From an uncultured Tepidisphaeraceae bacterium (lineage in GTDB: Bacteria; Planctomycetota; Phycisphaerae; Tepidisphaerales; Tepidisphaeraceae), in NCBI GenBank assembly GCA_964570205.1, contig CAZMXI010000004.1, positions 1 through 62,355 of the forward strand: DNA of 62,355 nt, read 5' to 3'. The notes beneath the pieces were generated by a model, which was not told the origin of the DNA, searched no databases, and saw nothing but the letters and a program-made list of their open reading frames with translations. Positions 53,641-62,355 of this stretch are shown here, one piece after another. Both the position numbers and the translations under genes were made by a program. Every line of letters begins with the position of its first letter. Within the stretch, counting starts at the first letter, position 1.

Positions 53641-55770
53641 ATGTCAGATCTGTTCGCGGTCCAATATTCATGGCTGATTCCCCTGCTGCCCCTTCTGGGG
53701 GCGGCGGTGGCCGGGTTCTTCGGCGCGCGCTGGCTGAAGGGCCAATCGCACTGGCCGATCTGGATTGGCGCGGGCGCGAGCGCTGTGTTGAGCATCGTGC
53801 TTCTGGTGCAGATGATCGGACACAGCGCGTCATCCCACCATCAGGCAAGTCATGGGCAGACCGAGGCGCAGGCAGTCTCGGTCCAGGCCGGCGAATGGGA
53901 AAAGGCGTTCGAGCACTCCGCCGGACGGACGATCTATACATGGATCGGCGCCGGCGGGTTCAGCGCGAGCGTCGGTTTCTTCCTTGACCCGCTGACGGCG
54001 GTGATGCTCTGCGTGGTGACCGGAATCAGTTTCCTGATCACCGTTTTTTCCAAGGGCTACATGCGCGGCGAGGCGGGGTACTTCCGGTTCTTCGCGTTCA
54101 TGGGGATCTTCGTCTTCATGATGACGATCCTGGTGATGGCCGACAACTTCGTGCTGCTGTACCTCGGATGGGAAGGCGTGGGGCTCAGCTCTTACCTTCT
54201 TATCGGCTATTACTACGAGAAGCCGGCCGCCCGGGAGGCCGCCAAGAAGGCATTCCTGGTCAATCGCGTTGGCGACTTCGGTTTCGCTCTGGGCATCATG
54301 CTGATCTTTGTGACGTTTGGCACGGTCAGCTTCTTCGGGACCAGCGATGCGCCGGGCGCCCTGGTGCAGGCGACACAGGCATCCAGCCCGTTGTCGGCCA
54401 TGTCGCCGGCGATGCAGACGGGGGTTCTCTGGATTCCGTTCCTGCTGATGCTCGGCGCTTTCGGCAAGAGCGCGCAGTTCCCGTTGTATGTGTGGCTGCC
54501 GGACGCGATGGAAGGGCCGACGCCGGTCAGTGCGCTGATCCACGCGGCCACCATGGTGACCGCGGGCGTGTACATGATCGTCCGCTGCAGCACGCTGTTC
54601 TTCCTGAACGGCTACGCGATGATCACCATCGCGATCATCGGGGCGTTCACGGCCATTTTCGCGGCGAGCATCGCCCTGCGCCAGTACGACCTGAAGAAGG
54701 TCTTCGCGTACTCGACCATCAGCCAGCTCGGGTTCATGTTCGTTGGCGCAGCGGTCCTGGCGCCGGTGGCGGCGGTGTTTCACCTTGTGACGCATGCGTT
54801 TTTCAAGGCGCTGTTGTTCCTGTCGTCGGGCGTCGTGATGCACGCGATGGCCGGCGAACTGGACATGCGGAAGATGAGCGGCGTGCGTCGGGTGCTGCCA
54901 TGGACGAACTGGTTCATCCTGGCCGGGTGCTTCGCACTGGCGGGGATGATTCCATTTTCGGGCTTCTGGTCGAAGGATGAAATCGTCATCGCCTCGTTCG
55001 ACCGCATCCGCGGGCACGTAACCGGGCCGGTGCTGGGCATCATCATGCTCTTCACCGCGTTGATGACTGCGTATTACACGTTCAGGCTCTACTTCCGGGT
55101 GTTTCAGGGGCCGACCCTGGTGCCGCCGGCGCCGGATTCATCACATGGCCACGCCCACGACCACTCGCACAGCCATGAGCCGGCCAGCATGATGATCCCG
55201 CTGGGAATTCTGGCGATCGGCGCTGTACTGGCGGGATTCCTCAACACGCCTTGGTGGCACGGACTGGGCAACTTCCTTGGAGGCAGCCCGTCTTTCGCGC
55301 TGGTGTACAAGGCCATGGGCGGCGACGGCAACCTGGCACTGAACCCCCTGATGTTCGGCCAGCATCCACCGGCGGACATGCCGGCCGAATCGCACACAAA
55401 CCTGATGGTCGCCAGCATTCTGATTGCCCTCCTGGGCATTCTGCTGGCATACCTGATGCACCTGAAAGAGCGATCTCGCGCCGAACGTCTGGCGGCGCGC
55501 TTTCCGGGCATCGTCCACGTGCTGGAGCGCAAGTACTGGGTGGACGAGATATACCAGTACGGTCTCGTCGAGCCGCTGCGGCGACTGGGCCGCGCGTTCT
55601 TCGCTGTGGATCGAATGGTGATCGACGGCCTGATCTGGACCGTCAGCTTCATACCGCAGGTCTTCGGTTTCGGATTGAAGCTGACAACGCAGCGAGGGTC
55701 GCTCCAGGGTTACGCCGTAACGATGGTTCTGGCGATCGCGTTGGTGCTGCTGGTGATCTTCGTATTCTAA
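53641..55770 (+). CDS. nuoL: NADH-quinone oxidoreductase subunit L
   Basis: Start moved to MSDLFAVQYSWLIPLLPLLGA. GWEGVGLSSYLLIGYYYEK, KSAQFPLYVWLPDAMEGPTPVSALIHAATMV. Confidence 0.95.
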   Translation: MSDLFAVQYSWLIPLLPLLGAAVAGFFGARWLKGQSHWPIWIGAGASAVLSIVLLVQMIGHSASSHHQASHGQTEAQAVSVQAGEWEKAFEHSAGRTIYTWIGAGGFSASVGFFLDPLTAVMLCVVTGISFLITVFSKGYMRGEAGYFRFFAFMGIFVFMMTILVMADNFVLLYLGWEGVGLSSYLLIGYYYEKPAAREAAKKAFLVNRVGDFGFALGIMLIFVTFGTVSFFGTSDAPGALVQATQASSPLSAMSPAMQTGVLWIPFLLMLGAFGKSAQFPLYVWLPDAMEGPTPVSALIHAATMVTAGVYMIVRCSTLFFLNGYAMITIAIIGAFTAIFAASIALRQYDLKKVFAYSTISQLGFMFVGAAVLAPVAAVFHLVTHAFFKALLFLSSGVVMHAMAGELDMRKMSGVRRVLPWTNWFILAGCFALAGMIPFSGFWSKDEIVIASFDRIRGHVTGPVLGIIMLFTALMTAYYTFRLYFRVFQGPTLVPPAPDSSHGHAHDHSHSHEPASMMIPLGILAIGAVLAGFLNTPWWHGLGNFLGGSPSFALVYKAMGGDGNLALNPLMFGQHPPADMPAESHTNLMVASILIALLGILLAYLMHLKERSRAERLAARFPGIVHVLERKYWVDEIYQYGLVEPLRRLGRAFFAVDRMVIDGLIWTVSFIPQVFGFGLKLTTQRGSLQGYAVTMVLAIALVLLVIFVF

Positions 55771-55779
55771 CGCCAAGAC

Positions 55780-57426
55780 ATGGAACTGACCCTTGTCATC
55801 CTCCTGTTGTTGCCGGCCATCGGGGCGATTGCGTGCGCGTTCGTCACGGAACGCTCGGCCCGCGCTGTCGCGCTGGGCGCCTCGCTGCTCTGCATGGGGC
55901 TGGGCGCGCTGCTGGGGTACGGCGCTTTCGTGAATCCGGACACAGGGCAGTTCGGCTGGAATATCCTGGGCGCGGGACGGTTCGAGGCGGACCTGGGCGG
56001 CATCCGCGAAATTGGATTCCGCCTGCGTCTGGCGATCACGCCGATCAGTTTCTGGCTCATCATACTGACGGTATTCCTGCAGCCGCTGGCCATCGCGGCC
56101 AGCTTCGACAGCATCCGTCAGCGGCAGAAGGAGTATTACGCCTGGATGCTGGCGCTACTGTCGGCGATGCTGGGGGTGTTCATGGCACGGGATGCATTGC
56201 TGTTTTATGTCTTCTTCGAGCTGACGCTGGTGCCGATGTTCTTCATCATCGGCATCTGGGGCGGTCCGCAGCGGCGCTACGCGGCCGGGAAGTTCTTCCT
56301 GTCCACGTTCGCGGGCTCGGTGTTCACACTGGCCGCCATCATCTACCTGGGGCTGAGATACGAGCATTTCGACATCGACACGCTGGTTCGGCGGTCACAG
56401 GATGTCGCCGGCGGCGGCCTGACGGGGCAATCGCTGATCCTGGTGTCGCTGGGGCTGCTGGTCGGGTTCATGGTCAAGGTGCCGCTGTTTCCGCTGCACA
56501 CGTGGCTGCCGCTGGCGCACACCGAAGCCCCGACGGCCGGCTCGGTGATCCTGGCAGGCGTGCTCCTGAAGCTCGGGACGTACGGGCTGCTGGTGTTCGT
56601 GGTGCCGATTGCCTTCGTCGGGGCCGCAGGGTCGCTGGCGCTTCGATGGATGATCATGCTGGTGGCAATCCTGAGCCTCATCGGGATCATCTACGGCGCA
56701 CTGGCGGCGTGGGTGCAGCAGGACATCAAAAAGCTGGTGGCCTATTCTTCGGTGTCGCACCTGGGGTTCTGTGTGCTGGGGTTGACGGCTCTGAACGCGA
56801 TCGGCGTGCAGGGGTCCGTGCTGTACATGATCAACCACGGCCTGTCCACCGGGGCGATGTTCCTGGTGGTGGGGATGATCTACGACCGCTACCACACGCG
56901 GGACATCAACGAGTTGTCGGGCCTTGGGCGGCGGATGCCGGTCCTGGCGTTTTTCTTCGTGCTCTTTGTGCTGAGCAGCATCGGGCTGCCTGGCTTGAAC
57001 GGTTTTGTCTCGGAGTTTCTGACGATCCTTGGCGCGTTCAGCTCCAGCGCGCTGATCAACAGCAGGATCATCGGCGCGATCGCCGCGATCGGGGTAGTGC
57101 TGGGGGCGCTTTACATGCTGCACATGACGGCCCGCGTGATCTTCGGACCATTGAAGACGCCGGAGCAGGATGCCGGGCATGGCCAGTATTCGCGCGGGTC
57201 TCTGCCGAGGGATCTGAACGCCCGCGAAATCGGCGTGTTGACGCCGTTGGCGCTGGCGGTGGTTCTCCTGGGCATAGCGCCCAATGTCGTGCTGAAACCC
57301 ATCGAGCCGCCGATTCAGCAGATGCTGACCGGCCGGATGACTCCCCCGAACATGGACGGCCAGGCGATGGCGACAACGGCGACCCCGGTGGCGGCAACAC
57401 GCATGGCCGAGACGACGAACCCGTGA
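55780..57426 (+). CDS. nuoM: NADH-quinone oxidoreductase subunit M
   Basis: 548 aa. FYVFFELTLVPMFFIIGIWGG, KVPLFPLHTWLPLAHTEAPTAGSVILAGVLLKLG. Confidence 0.95.
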   Translation: MELTLVILLLLPAIGAIACAFVTERSARAVALGASLLCMGLGALLGYGAFVNPDTGQFGWNILGAGRFEADLGGIREIGFRLRLAITPISFWLIILTVFLQPLAIAASFDSIRQRQKEYYAWMLALLSAMLGVFMARDALLFYVFFELTLVPMFFIIGIWGGPQRRYAAGKFFLSTFAGSVFTLAAIIYLGLRYEHFDIDTLVRRSQDVAGGGLTGQSLILVSLGLLVGFMVKVPLFPLHTWLPLAHTEAPTAGSVILAGVLLKLGTYGLLVFVVPIAFVGAAGSLALRWMIMLVAILSLIGIIYGALAAWVQQDIKKLVAYSSVSHLGFCVLGLTALNAIGVQGSVLYMINHGLSTGAMFLVVGMIYDRYHTRDINELSGLGRRMPVLAFFFVLFVLSSIGLPGLNGFVSEFLTILGAFSSSALINSRIIGAIAAIGVVLGALYMLHMTARVIFGPLKTPEQDAGHGQYSRGSLPRDLNAREIGVLTPLALAVVLLGIAPNVVLKPIEPPIQQMLTGRMTPPNMDGQAMATTATPVAATRMAETTNP

Positions 57427-57433
57427 TGCGCGT

Positions 57434-59014
57434 ATGATGACCGACCTGCTTTCCATTCTGAATCCCGAGCTGGTGTTGGCCGGTTTCGCCTGCCTGTTGT
57501 TCTTCATGGGCATGTCGGGACAGCGCGCAATGCGGCGGGCAGCGCCATTCGTGGCAATGGCGGCCCTGGTGGCGGCGCTGGCCATGCAGTGGCATGCCGG
57601 CCGACCCGAGCAGCCCCTGGTCGATTCACTGACGGGCAGCGTGCGAATCGACGCCTTCGCCTATTACATCCGGATTCTCACCGGCGCCATCGCGGTCATC
57701 CTGTTGCTACTGGCGTGGCCGACAAACGCCGAGCAGACCGGGAATTCCGCTTTGCATTTCGGCGAAGAGGCCGGCGAGTTCTTCGCGCTATTCCTGCTTT
57801 CGACCGCGGGACTGATGCTGACGGCGATAGCCAACGACCTGATTGTCTTGTTCCTGGCATTGGAGCTGGTGAGCATTCCCACGTACGTGATGGTGGCCAT
57901 GTCACGCCCCAACCTGCTGGCGCAGGAGGCGGGCGTCAAGTATTTCTTCCTGGGCGCGATGTCGGTGGCCATCATGCTGTTCGGGTTCAGCTACCTCTAT
58001 GGCGTTACCGGGCAGGTGAATCTCACGAAGATCGGTGAATCGCTTCAGGCCGCCACGCGCCAGAACGGGACGTTGCCGAGCTGGCATCTGTTCGCGGTGC
58101 TGATGGTGCTGATCGGGTTCACATACAAGATGGCCTCGTTCCCGCTGCATTTTTACGCCGGCGATGTGTACGAAGGCGCGGCGACGCCGGTGACGGCGTT
58201 CCTGGCGTTTGTGCCGAAAACCGCGGGGTTCGTCGCCCTGGTCAAGCTGCTGCTGGCCGTCGGGGGCGACGGCTTTGTGCTGCCTGAAAGGCTGGTGTCC
58301 CTGCTGTGGGTAATGGCCGTGCTGACGATGTTCGTCGGCAACGTGCTGGCGTTGCTGCAGAACAACGTGAAACGCGTGCTGGCGTACAGCTCGATCGCAC
58401 ACAGCGGTTACATGCTAGCGGGAGCGGCGGCGCTCGCCGGCGCTGGGCAGCAGGCCATCCAGGGAATCCTGTTCTACCTGGCGGCTTACGGGGTGATGAA
58501 TTCGGCCGCCTTCGGGGTGCTGATGCTGCTGCCATCGCGGCAAGGGTATGAATCGGCCGAGACATTCGATGATCTGGCCGGCCAGGGCCGCCAGCACGTG
58601 GCGCTGGGGCTGGCGATGACTGTCACCTGCTTCAGCCTGATCGGGATTCCGCTGACCGTCGGCTTTCTGGGCAAGCTGATGCTCATCCGCCCCGCGCTGA
58701 CGGCCGAGATGTACTGGCTAGTGGTGTTGATTGTGGTCAATGCGGCAATCTCGGCAGCGTATTATCTGCGGATCGTCGCCAGTCTTTTCCTGCGGCCGGA
58801 ACCCGTCTCGCTGGAGATGCCGTCAGGCGATGTCGCCCCGCTACAGAGCATCCAAACGCGGCCGCGGCAGTGGCCGGTGATGGGCGCGGTCGCGATGTCG
58901 GTCATTCTGACACTGACGCTGGGGTCGATTCCGCAGGCCGCGCAAGGCCTTACGGACCAGGCAAAGATCAGCGCTGAGGTGGCGCAGGCGGCGCGCTTGC
59001 CCTCTGTCCCATGA
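57434..59014 (+). CDS. nuoN: NADH-quinone oxidoreductase subunit N
   Basis: 526 aa. LFLALELVSIPTYVMV, KMASFPLHFYAGDVYEGAATPVTAFL. Confidence 0.95.
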   Translation: MMTDLLSILNPELVLAGFACLLFFMGMSGQRAMRRAAPFVAMAALVAALAMQWHAGRPEQPLVDSLTGSVRIDAFAYYIRILTGAIAVILLLLAWPTNAEQTGNSALHFGEEAGEFFALFLLSTAGLMLTAIANDLIVLFLALELVSIPTYVMVAMSRPNLLAQEAGVKYFFLGAMSVAIMLFGFSYLYGVTGQVNLTKIGESLQAATRQNGTLPSWHLFAVLMVLIGFTYKMASFPLHFYAGDVYEGAATPVTAFLAFVPKTAGFVALVKLLLAVGGDGFVLPERLVSLLWVMAVLTMFVGNVLALLQNNVKRVLAYSSIAHSGYMLAGAAALAGAGQQAIQGILFYLAAYGVMNSAAFGVLMLLPSRQGYESAETFDDLAGQGRQHVALGLAMTVTCFSLIGIPLTVGFLGKLMLIRPALTAEMYWLVVLIVVNAAISAAYYLRIVASLFLRPEPVSLEMPSGDVAPLQSIQTRPRQWPVMGAVAMSVILTLTLGSIPQAAQGLTDQAKISAEVAQAARLPSVP

Positions 59015-60067
59015 TCAATCGGGCTGCTTCCGCCGCCCGGGCATCGCCTGTCGCAAGTCGGCCACAAAGTCTTGGATATCCTGCTCCTGCGTATCCCACG
59101 AGCACATGAACCTGCACCCGCCCGCGCCGATGAACGTGTAGAACTTCCATCCCAATTCGTGCATACGCTCGGCAGCACCATCCGGAAGCTGCACGAAGAC
59201 CGAATTCGCCTGGCGCGGGAAGAGCGTCCTGACGCCCTCGATTTCCAGCAACCGCTTCTCCAGCAATGCGGCCATATGGTTGGCGTGTCGAGCGTGCTTC
59301 AGCCAGGCATCGCCGGTCAGCATGCCCACCCACGGGGCCGACAGGAAGCGCATCTTGGACGCGAGGTGCCCCGCCTGCTTGCAGCGGTACTCGAACTCGT
59401 GAGCCAGGTCGATGTTGAAGAACACCACCGCCTCGCCGATCAGGCCGCCGTTCTTGGTGCCTCCGAACGACAGCACCTCGATCCCCGCCTTCCACGTCAA
59501 TTCCTTGGGCGCAACCCCCAGCGATGCGATCGCATTCGCCAGCCGCGCGCCGTCCATGTGCAGCCTCAGGCCGAGCTTGCGCGCCATCGCGGCGATGCGG
59601 TCCAGTTCATCGGGGGTATAGACCGTCCCCACCTCCGTCGCCTGCGTCACGCTCACGATGCGCGGCTTGGGATAGTGAATGTCGGTGCGGCGCATGACCG
59701 CTCGCTCAATGGCGGCCGGGGCGATCTTCCCATCCTCCCCGCCCAGCAACAGAATTTTCGTGCCGTTGGAGAAGAACTCCGGCGCGCCGCATTCATCCGT
59801 CTCGATGTGCGCCAGCTCGTGGCAGAGGATGCTGTGATAGCTCTGGCACAGGTGCGACAGCGACAGCGAATTGGCGGCCGTGCCGTTGAAGACGAAGAAG
59901 ACCTCGCAGTGGGTCTCGAAGACCTGGCGGATCAGGTCTGACGCCCTGGCGGTCCAGACGTCATCGCCATAGCCCGGCACGTGGCCACGGTTGGCCTGCT
60001 CCATGGCCGCCCACGCTTCCGGACAGATCCCCGCATAGTTGTCGCTGGCAAACACCCGTTCACGCAT
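59015..60067 (-). CDS. ltaE: low-specificity L-threonine aldolase (beta-eliminating lyase/GLY1 family)
   Basis: 350 aa. FASDNYAGICPEAWAAM...FNGTAANSLSL...SFGGTKNGG (PLP lysine). Confidence 0.9.
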   Translation of the reverse strand: MRERVFASDNYAGICPEAWAAMEQANRGHVPGYGDDVWTARASDLIRQVFETHCEVFFVFNGTAANSLSLSHLCQSYHSILCHELAHIETDECGAPEFFSNGTKILLLGGEDGKIAPAAIERAVMRRTDIHYPKPRIVSVTQATEVGTVYTPDELDRIAAMARKLGLRLHMDGARLANAIASLGVAPKELTWKAGIEVLSFGGTKNGGLIGEAVVFFNIDLAHEFEYRCKQAGHLASKMRFLSAPWVGMLTGDAWLKHARHANHMAALLEKRLLEIEGVRTLFPRQANSVFVQLPDGAAERMHELGWKFYTFIGAGGCRFMCSWDTQEQDIQDFVADLRQAMPGRRKQPD

Positions 60068-60149
60068 AGCCGTTTCCTTCTGTCTCTGTACCCCGCCCCA
60101 TTCTCGCCGCCGGCTTCATCATGGCAACGTCCTGAGCTATATTCCCGGC

Positions 60150-62355
60150 ATGCGCCAATCGCTTTCCATCATCGTCACCTTTGCGATGCTGCTCACCTTC
60201 GGCTGCTCCGGCAAGTCGCAGCGGGTGACCATTGTCCAGTCGCCGCCCGCGCAGGGCGAATCGCTCTACATCGCCAACCGCGCGCCGCTGGCGACCAGCC
60301 CGCTCGTCAAGCTGCCCATCGGCAGCATCGAGCCCGAAGGCTGGCTGCGCCAGATGCTCACCCTCGAAGCCCAGGGAATGGCCGGCCGCCTGCCCGAGCT
60401 TTCCCGCTGGTGCAACATGGAAGGCAACTCCTGGGCCGACCCCAAGGGCGCTGGCCATTCCGGCTGGGAGGAAATGCCCTACTGGCTCAAGGGCTATGGC
60501 GACCTGGGCCACGTCCTGAAGAACCCCGAGATCCAGCGCGCCACCCGCAAGTGGATCGACGCCATCCTCGCCACCCAGCGAGAGGATGGCTGGTTCGGCC
60601 CGCGCGAATTGCTCACGAGCCTTGATAAGGACAAGGATGGCACCGGCGGCAAGCCCGATTTCTGGCCCAATATGCTGGTGCTCAACATCGTCCAGTCGTA
60701 CCACGAGGCCACCGGCGACCAGCGGATCATCCCCTTCATGACCCGCTACTTCCGCTGGCAGCTCAACTTCCCTGAGAAGGACTTCATCGTCGGCTACTGG
60801 CCGGACCTCCGTGCCGGCGACAACCTCGAAAGCGTCTACTGGCTCTATAACCGCACCGGCGACAAATGGCTGCTGGACCTGGCCCACAAGATCCACCGCT
60901 GCACCGCCCGCTGGGATCAGGATGTCGTCAACTGGCACGGCGTGAACATCACCCAGGGCTTCCGCGAGCCGGCCATTTATGCCATGCAGAGCCGCGATCC
61001 CAAAAACACCCGGGCCGCCTACCGCAACTACGACAAGGTGATGAGCCTGTACGGCCAGATGCCCGGCGGCATGTTCGGCGCTGATGAGAACGCCCGCAAA
61101 GGCTATGACGACCCGCGTCAGGGCGCTGAAACCTGCTCCATGGTCGAGTTCATGCACTCGTTCGAGATGCTCACGAAGATCACCGGCGACCCGCTCTGGG
61201 CCGATCGCTGCGAGGAAGTCGCCTTCAATTCCTTCCCCGCCTCCATGACGCCCGACCAGAAGGCGCTGCACTATCTCACCAGCGCCAACCAGCCGCAGCT
61301 CGACCGGCAGAGCAAGGCCCCCGGCATCCAGAATGGCGGCGACATGTTCTCTTACAGCGCTTTCGAAAAGTACCGCTGCTGCCAGCACAATGTCGCCCAC
61401 GGCTGGCCCTATTACGCCCAGGAATTGTGGCTGGCGACCCTGGACAAGGGCCTGTGCGCCAGCCTCTACGCCGCATCCACTGTCACCGCCCGCGTCGGCA
61501 AGGCCGGGCAGATGATCCGGATCACGCAGGAGACCGACTATCCCTATTCTGACCAGGTTAACCTCAAGGTCTGGACGGCCAAGCCCGCGCGGTTCCCGCT
61601 CTACCTGCGCATCCCGCGCTGGTGCGACAATGCCTCGGCTTCCATCAATGGCCAGGCCGTCGACGCCAAGCCCACGCCACTGTCTTATATCCGCATCGGC
61701 CGCAACTGGGCCGACGGCGACAGCATCGTCCTGAAACTGCCGATGCGCCTCTCGGTGCGCACCTGGGCGAAGAACAAGAACGCCGTCTCCGTCGATTACG
61801 GCCCGCTGACGTTCTCGCTGAAGATCGGCGAGGAGTGGAAATCCTACGGCAACCGCCACAAGGACTTCCCCGAGTGGGAGGTGTTGCCTTCCACGCCGTG
61901 GAACTATGGCCTGGTGATCGACGAGAAGAACCCGACAGCGGGCTTCGAGGTCATCCGCAAGCCCGGCCCCCTGGCGCCCCAGCCATTCACGCACCAGACC
62001 AATCCCATCGAAATCAAGGCCAAAGCCCGGAAGATCCCGCAGTGGACTCTCGACCGGAACGGCCTGGTCAACGTGCTGCAGCAGAGCCCGGCAAAGACGA
62101 CCGAGCCGGTGGAAACGGTCACGCTGATTCCGATGGGCGCTGCCCGCCTGCGAATCAGCGCCTTTCCGGTCGTGTCCGATTCGGCCAGCGCTCACGAATG
62201 GAAAGTGCCGGTCAGCGCCCGCAGCCACCCGGCCTCCCACTGCTTTGAAGGCGACAGCACCGCCGCCCTGGATGACGGCATCGTGCCGGCCAGTTCCGGC
62301 GACCGCGATATCCCGCGATTCACCTGGTGGAACCACAAAGGAACGACCGAATGGG
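60150..62355 (+). CDS. GH127/DUF1680-like (beta-L-arabinofuranosidase family) lipoprotein, 3'-partial at the window end
   Basis: This frame is open from ATG 60150 to the end of the window and is absent from the ORF track. Lipobox LLTFGC. GAETCSMVEF (Glu327/Cys329) and YRCCQHN (Cys410/411) resemble the Glu-x-Cys...Cys-Cys zinc/nucleophile motif of GH127. High GC3. Confidence 0.85.
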   Translation, partial: MRQSLSIIVTFAMLLTFGCSGKSQRVTIVQSPPAQGESLYIANRAPLATSPLVKLPIGSIEPEGWLRQMLTLEAQGMAGRLPELSRWCNMEGNSWADPKGAGHSGWEEMPYWLKGYGDLGHVLKNPEIQRATRKWIDAILATQREDGWFGPRELLTSLDKDKDGTGGKPDFWPNMLVLNIVQSYHEATGDQRIIPFMTRYFRWQLNFPEKDFIVGYWPDLRAGDNLESVYWLYNRTGDKWLLDLAHKIHRCTARWDQDVVNWHGVNITQGFREPAIYAMQSRDPKNTRAAYRNYDKVMSLYGQMPGGMFGADENARKGYDDPRQGAETCSMVEFMHSFEMLTKITGDPLWADRCEEVAFNSFPASMTPDQKALHYLTSANQPQLDRQSKAPGIQNGGDMFSYSAFEKYRCCQHNVAHGWPYYAQELWLATLDKGLCASLYAASTVTARVGKAGQMIRITQETDYPYSDQVNLKVWTAKPARFPLYLRIPRWCDNASASINGQAVDAKPTPLSYIRIGRNWADGDSIVLKLPMRLSVRTWAKNKNAVSVDYGPLTFSLKIGEEWKSYGNRHKDFPEWEVLPSTPWNYGLVIDEKNPTAGFEVIRKPGPLAPQPFTHQTNPIEIKAKARKIPQWTLDRNGLVNVLQQSPAKTTEPVETVTLIPMGAARLRISAFPVVSDSASAHEWKVPVSARSHPASHCFEGDSTAALDDGIVPASSGDRDIPRFTWWNHKGTTEW

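Noticed and set aside
55251-57437. 728-aa plus-strand ORF overlapping nuoL and nuoM in another frame
   Set aside because: It is an out-of-frame reading of genes with unmistakable NuoL/NuoM motifs. The product is an R/G/A/P-rich low-complexity string.
1-62355. Search for CRISPR arrays, rRNA/tRNA genes, transposases, integrases and prophage genes
   Set aside because: I saw no regularly spaced repeats, no rRNA-like or cloverleaf-compatible segments in intergenic regions, and no ORF with transposase, integrase or phage hallmark motifs. The only signature of foreign DNA is the low-GC ATPase/TOPRIM pair at the left edge.

Overview
62.4-kb high-GC, gene-dense chromosomal segment. My hand counts on 60-nt lines mostly give 60-75% GC. 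I call about 58 protein-coding genes. I see no rRNA, tRNA, CRISPR array, transposase or integrase. The gene content suggests a PVC-group bacterium, probably Planctomycetota; this is inference only. It includes a PEP-CTERM protein, a DUF1080 protein, a TAT-signal Gfo/Idh/MocA oxidoreductase, many lipoproteins, and GH2, GH52 and GH127-like glycosidases. Housekeeping genes are rsfS-acpS-lysC, superoxide dismutase, rpsD, hpt, moaA, a cold-shock protein, lptB, nuoJKLMN and threonine aldolase. Because of the high GC, the ORF track is full of long antisense or out-of-frame ORFs rich in R/P/G/A/H, which I reject. The track also misses one real partial gene at the 3' end (60150..62355, GH127-like). Many starts were moved inward to signal peptides, Shine-Dalgarno sites or conserved N-termini. 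The four best candidates for something new are listed here. (1) A low-GC, translationally coupled ABC-type ATPase + TOPRIM-like pair at 135-1882, resembling PARIS/AbiL/OLD-type anti-phage modules. (2) A divergent cluster of five consecutive lipoproteins at 24062-28166: YcfL-like, one unknown, two LpoB-like and one TPR. (3) A SAM-methyltransferase followed by an ATGA-coupled pair of 2-hydroxyacyl-CoA-dehydratase/benzoyl-CoA-reductase-like subunits with no activase gene nearby (17385-20597). (4) Two paralogous membrane proteins sharing a signal peptide, a two-helix transmembrane hairpin and a C-terminal domain; one is tightly coupled to an ABC ATPase that has no permease gene (30641-31948 and 34742-37798). 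All family assignments come from motif reading and memory of the families, not from database searches.
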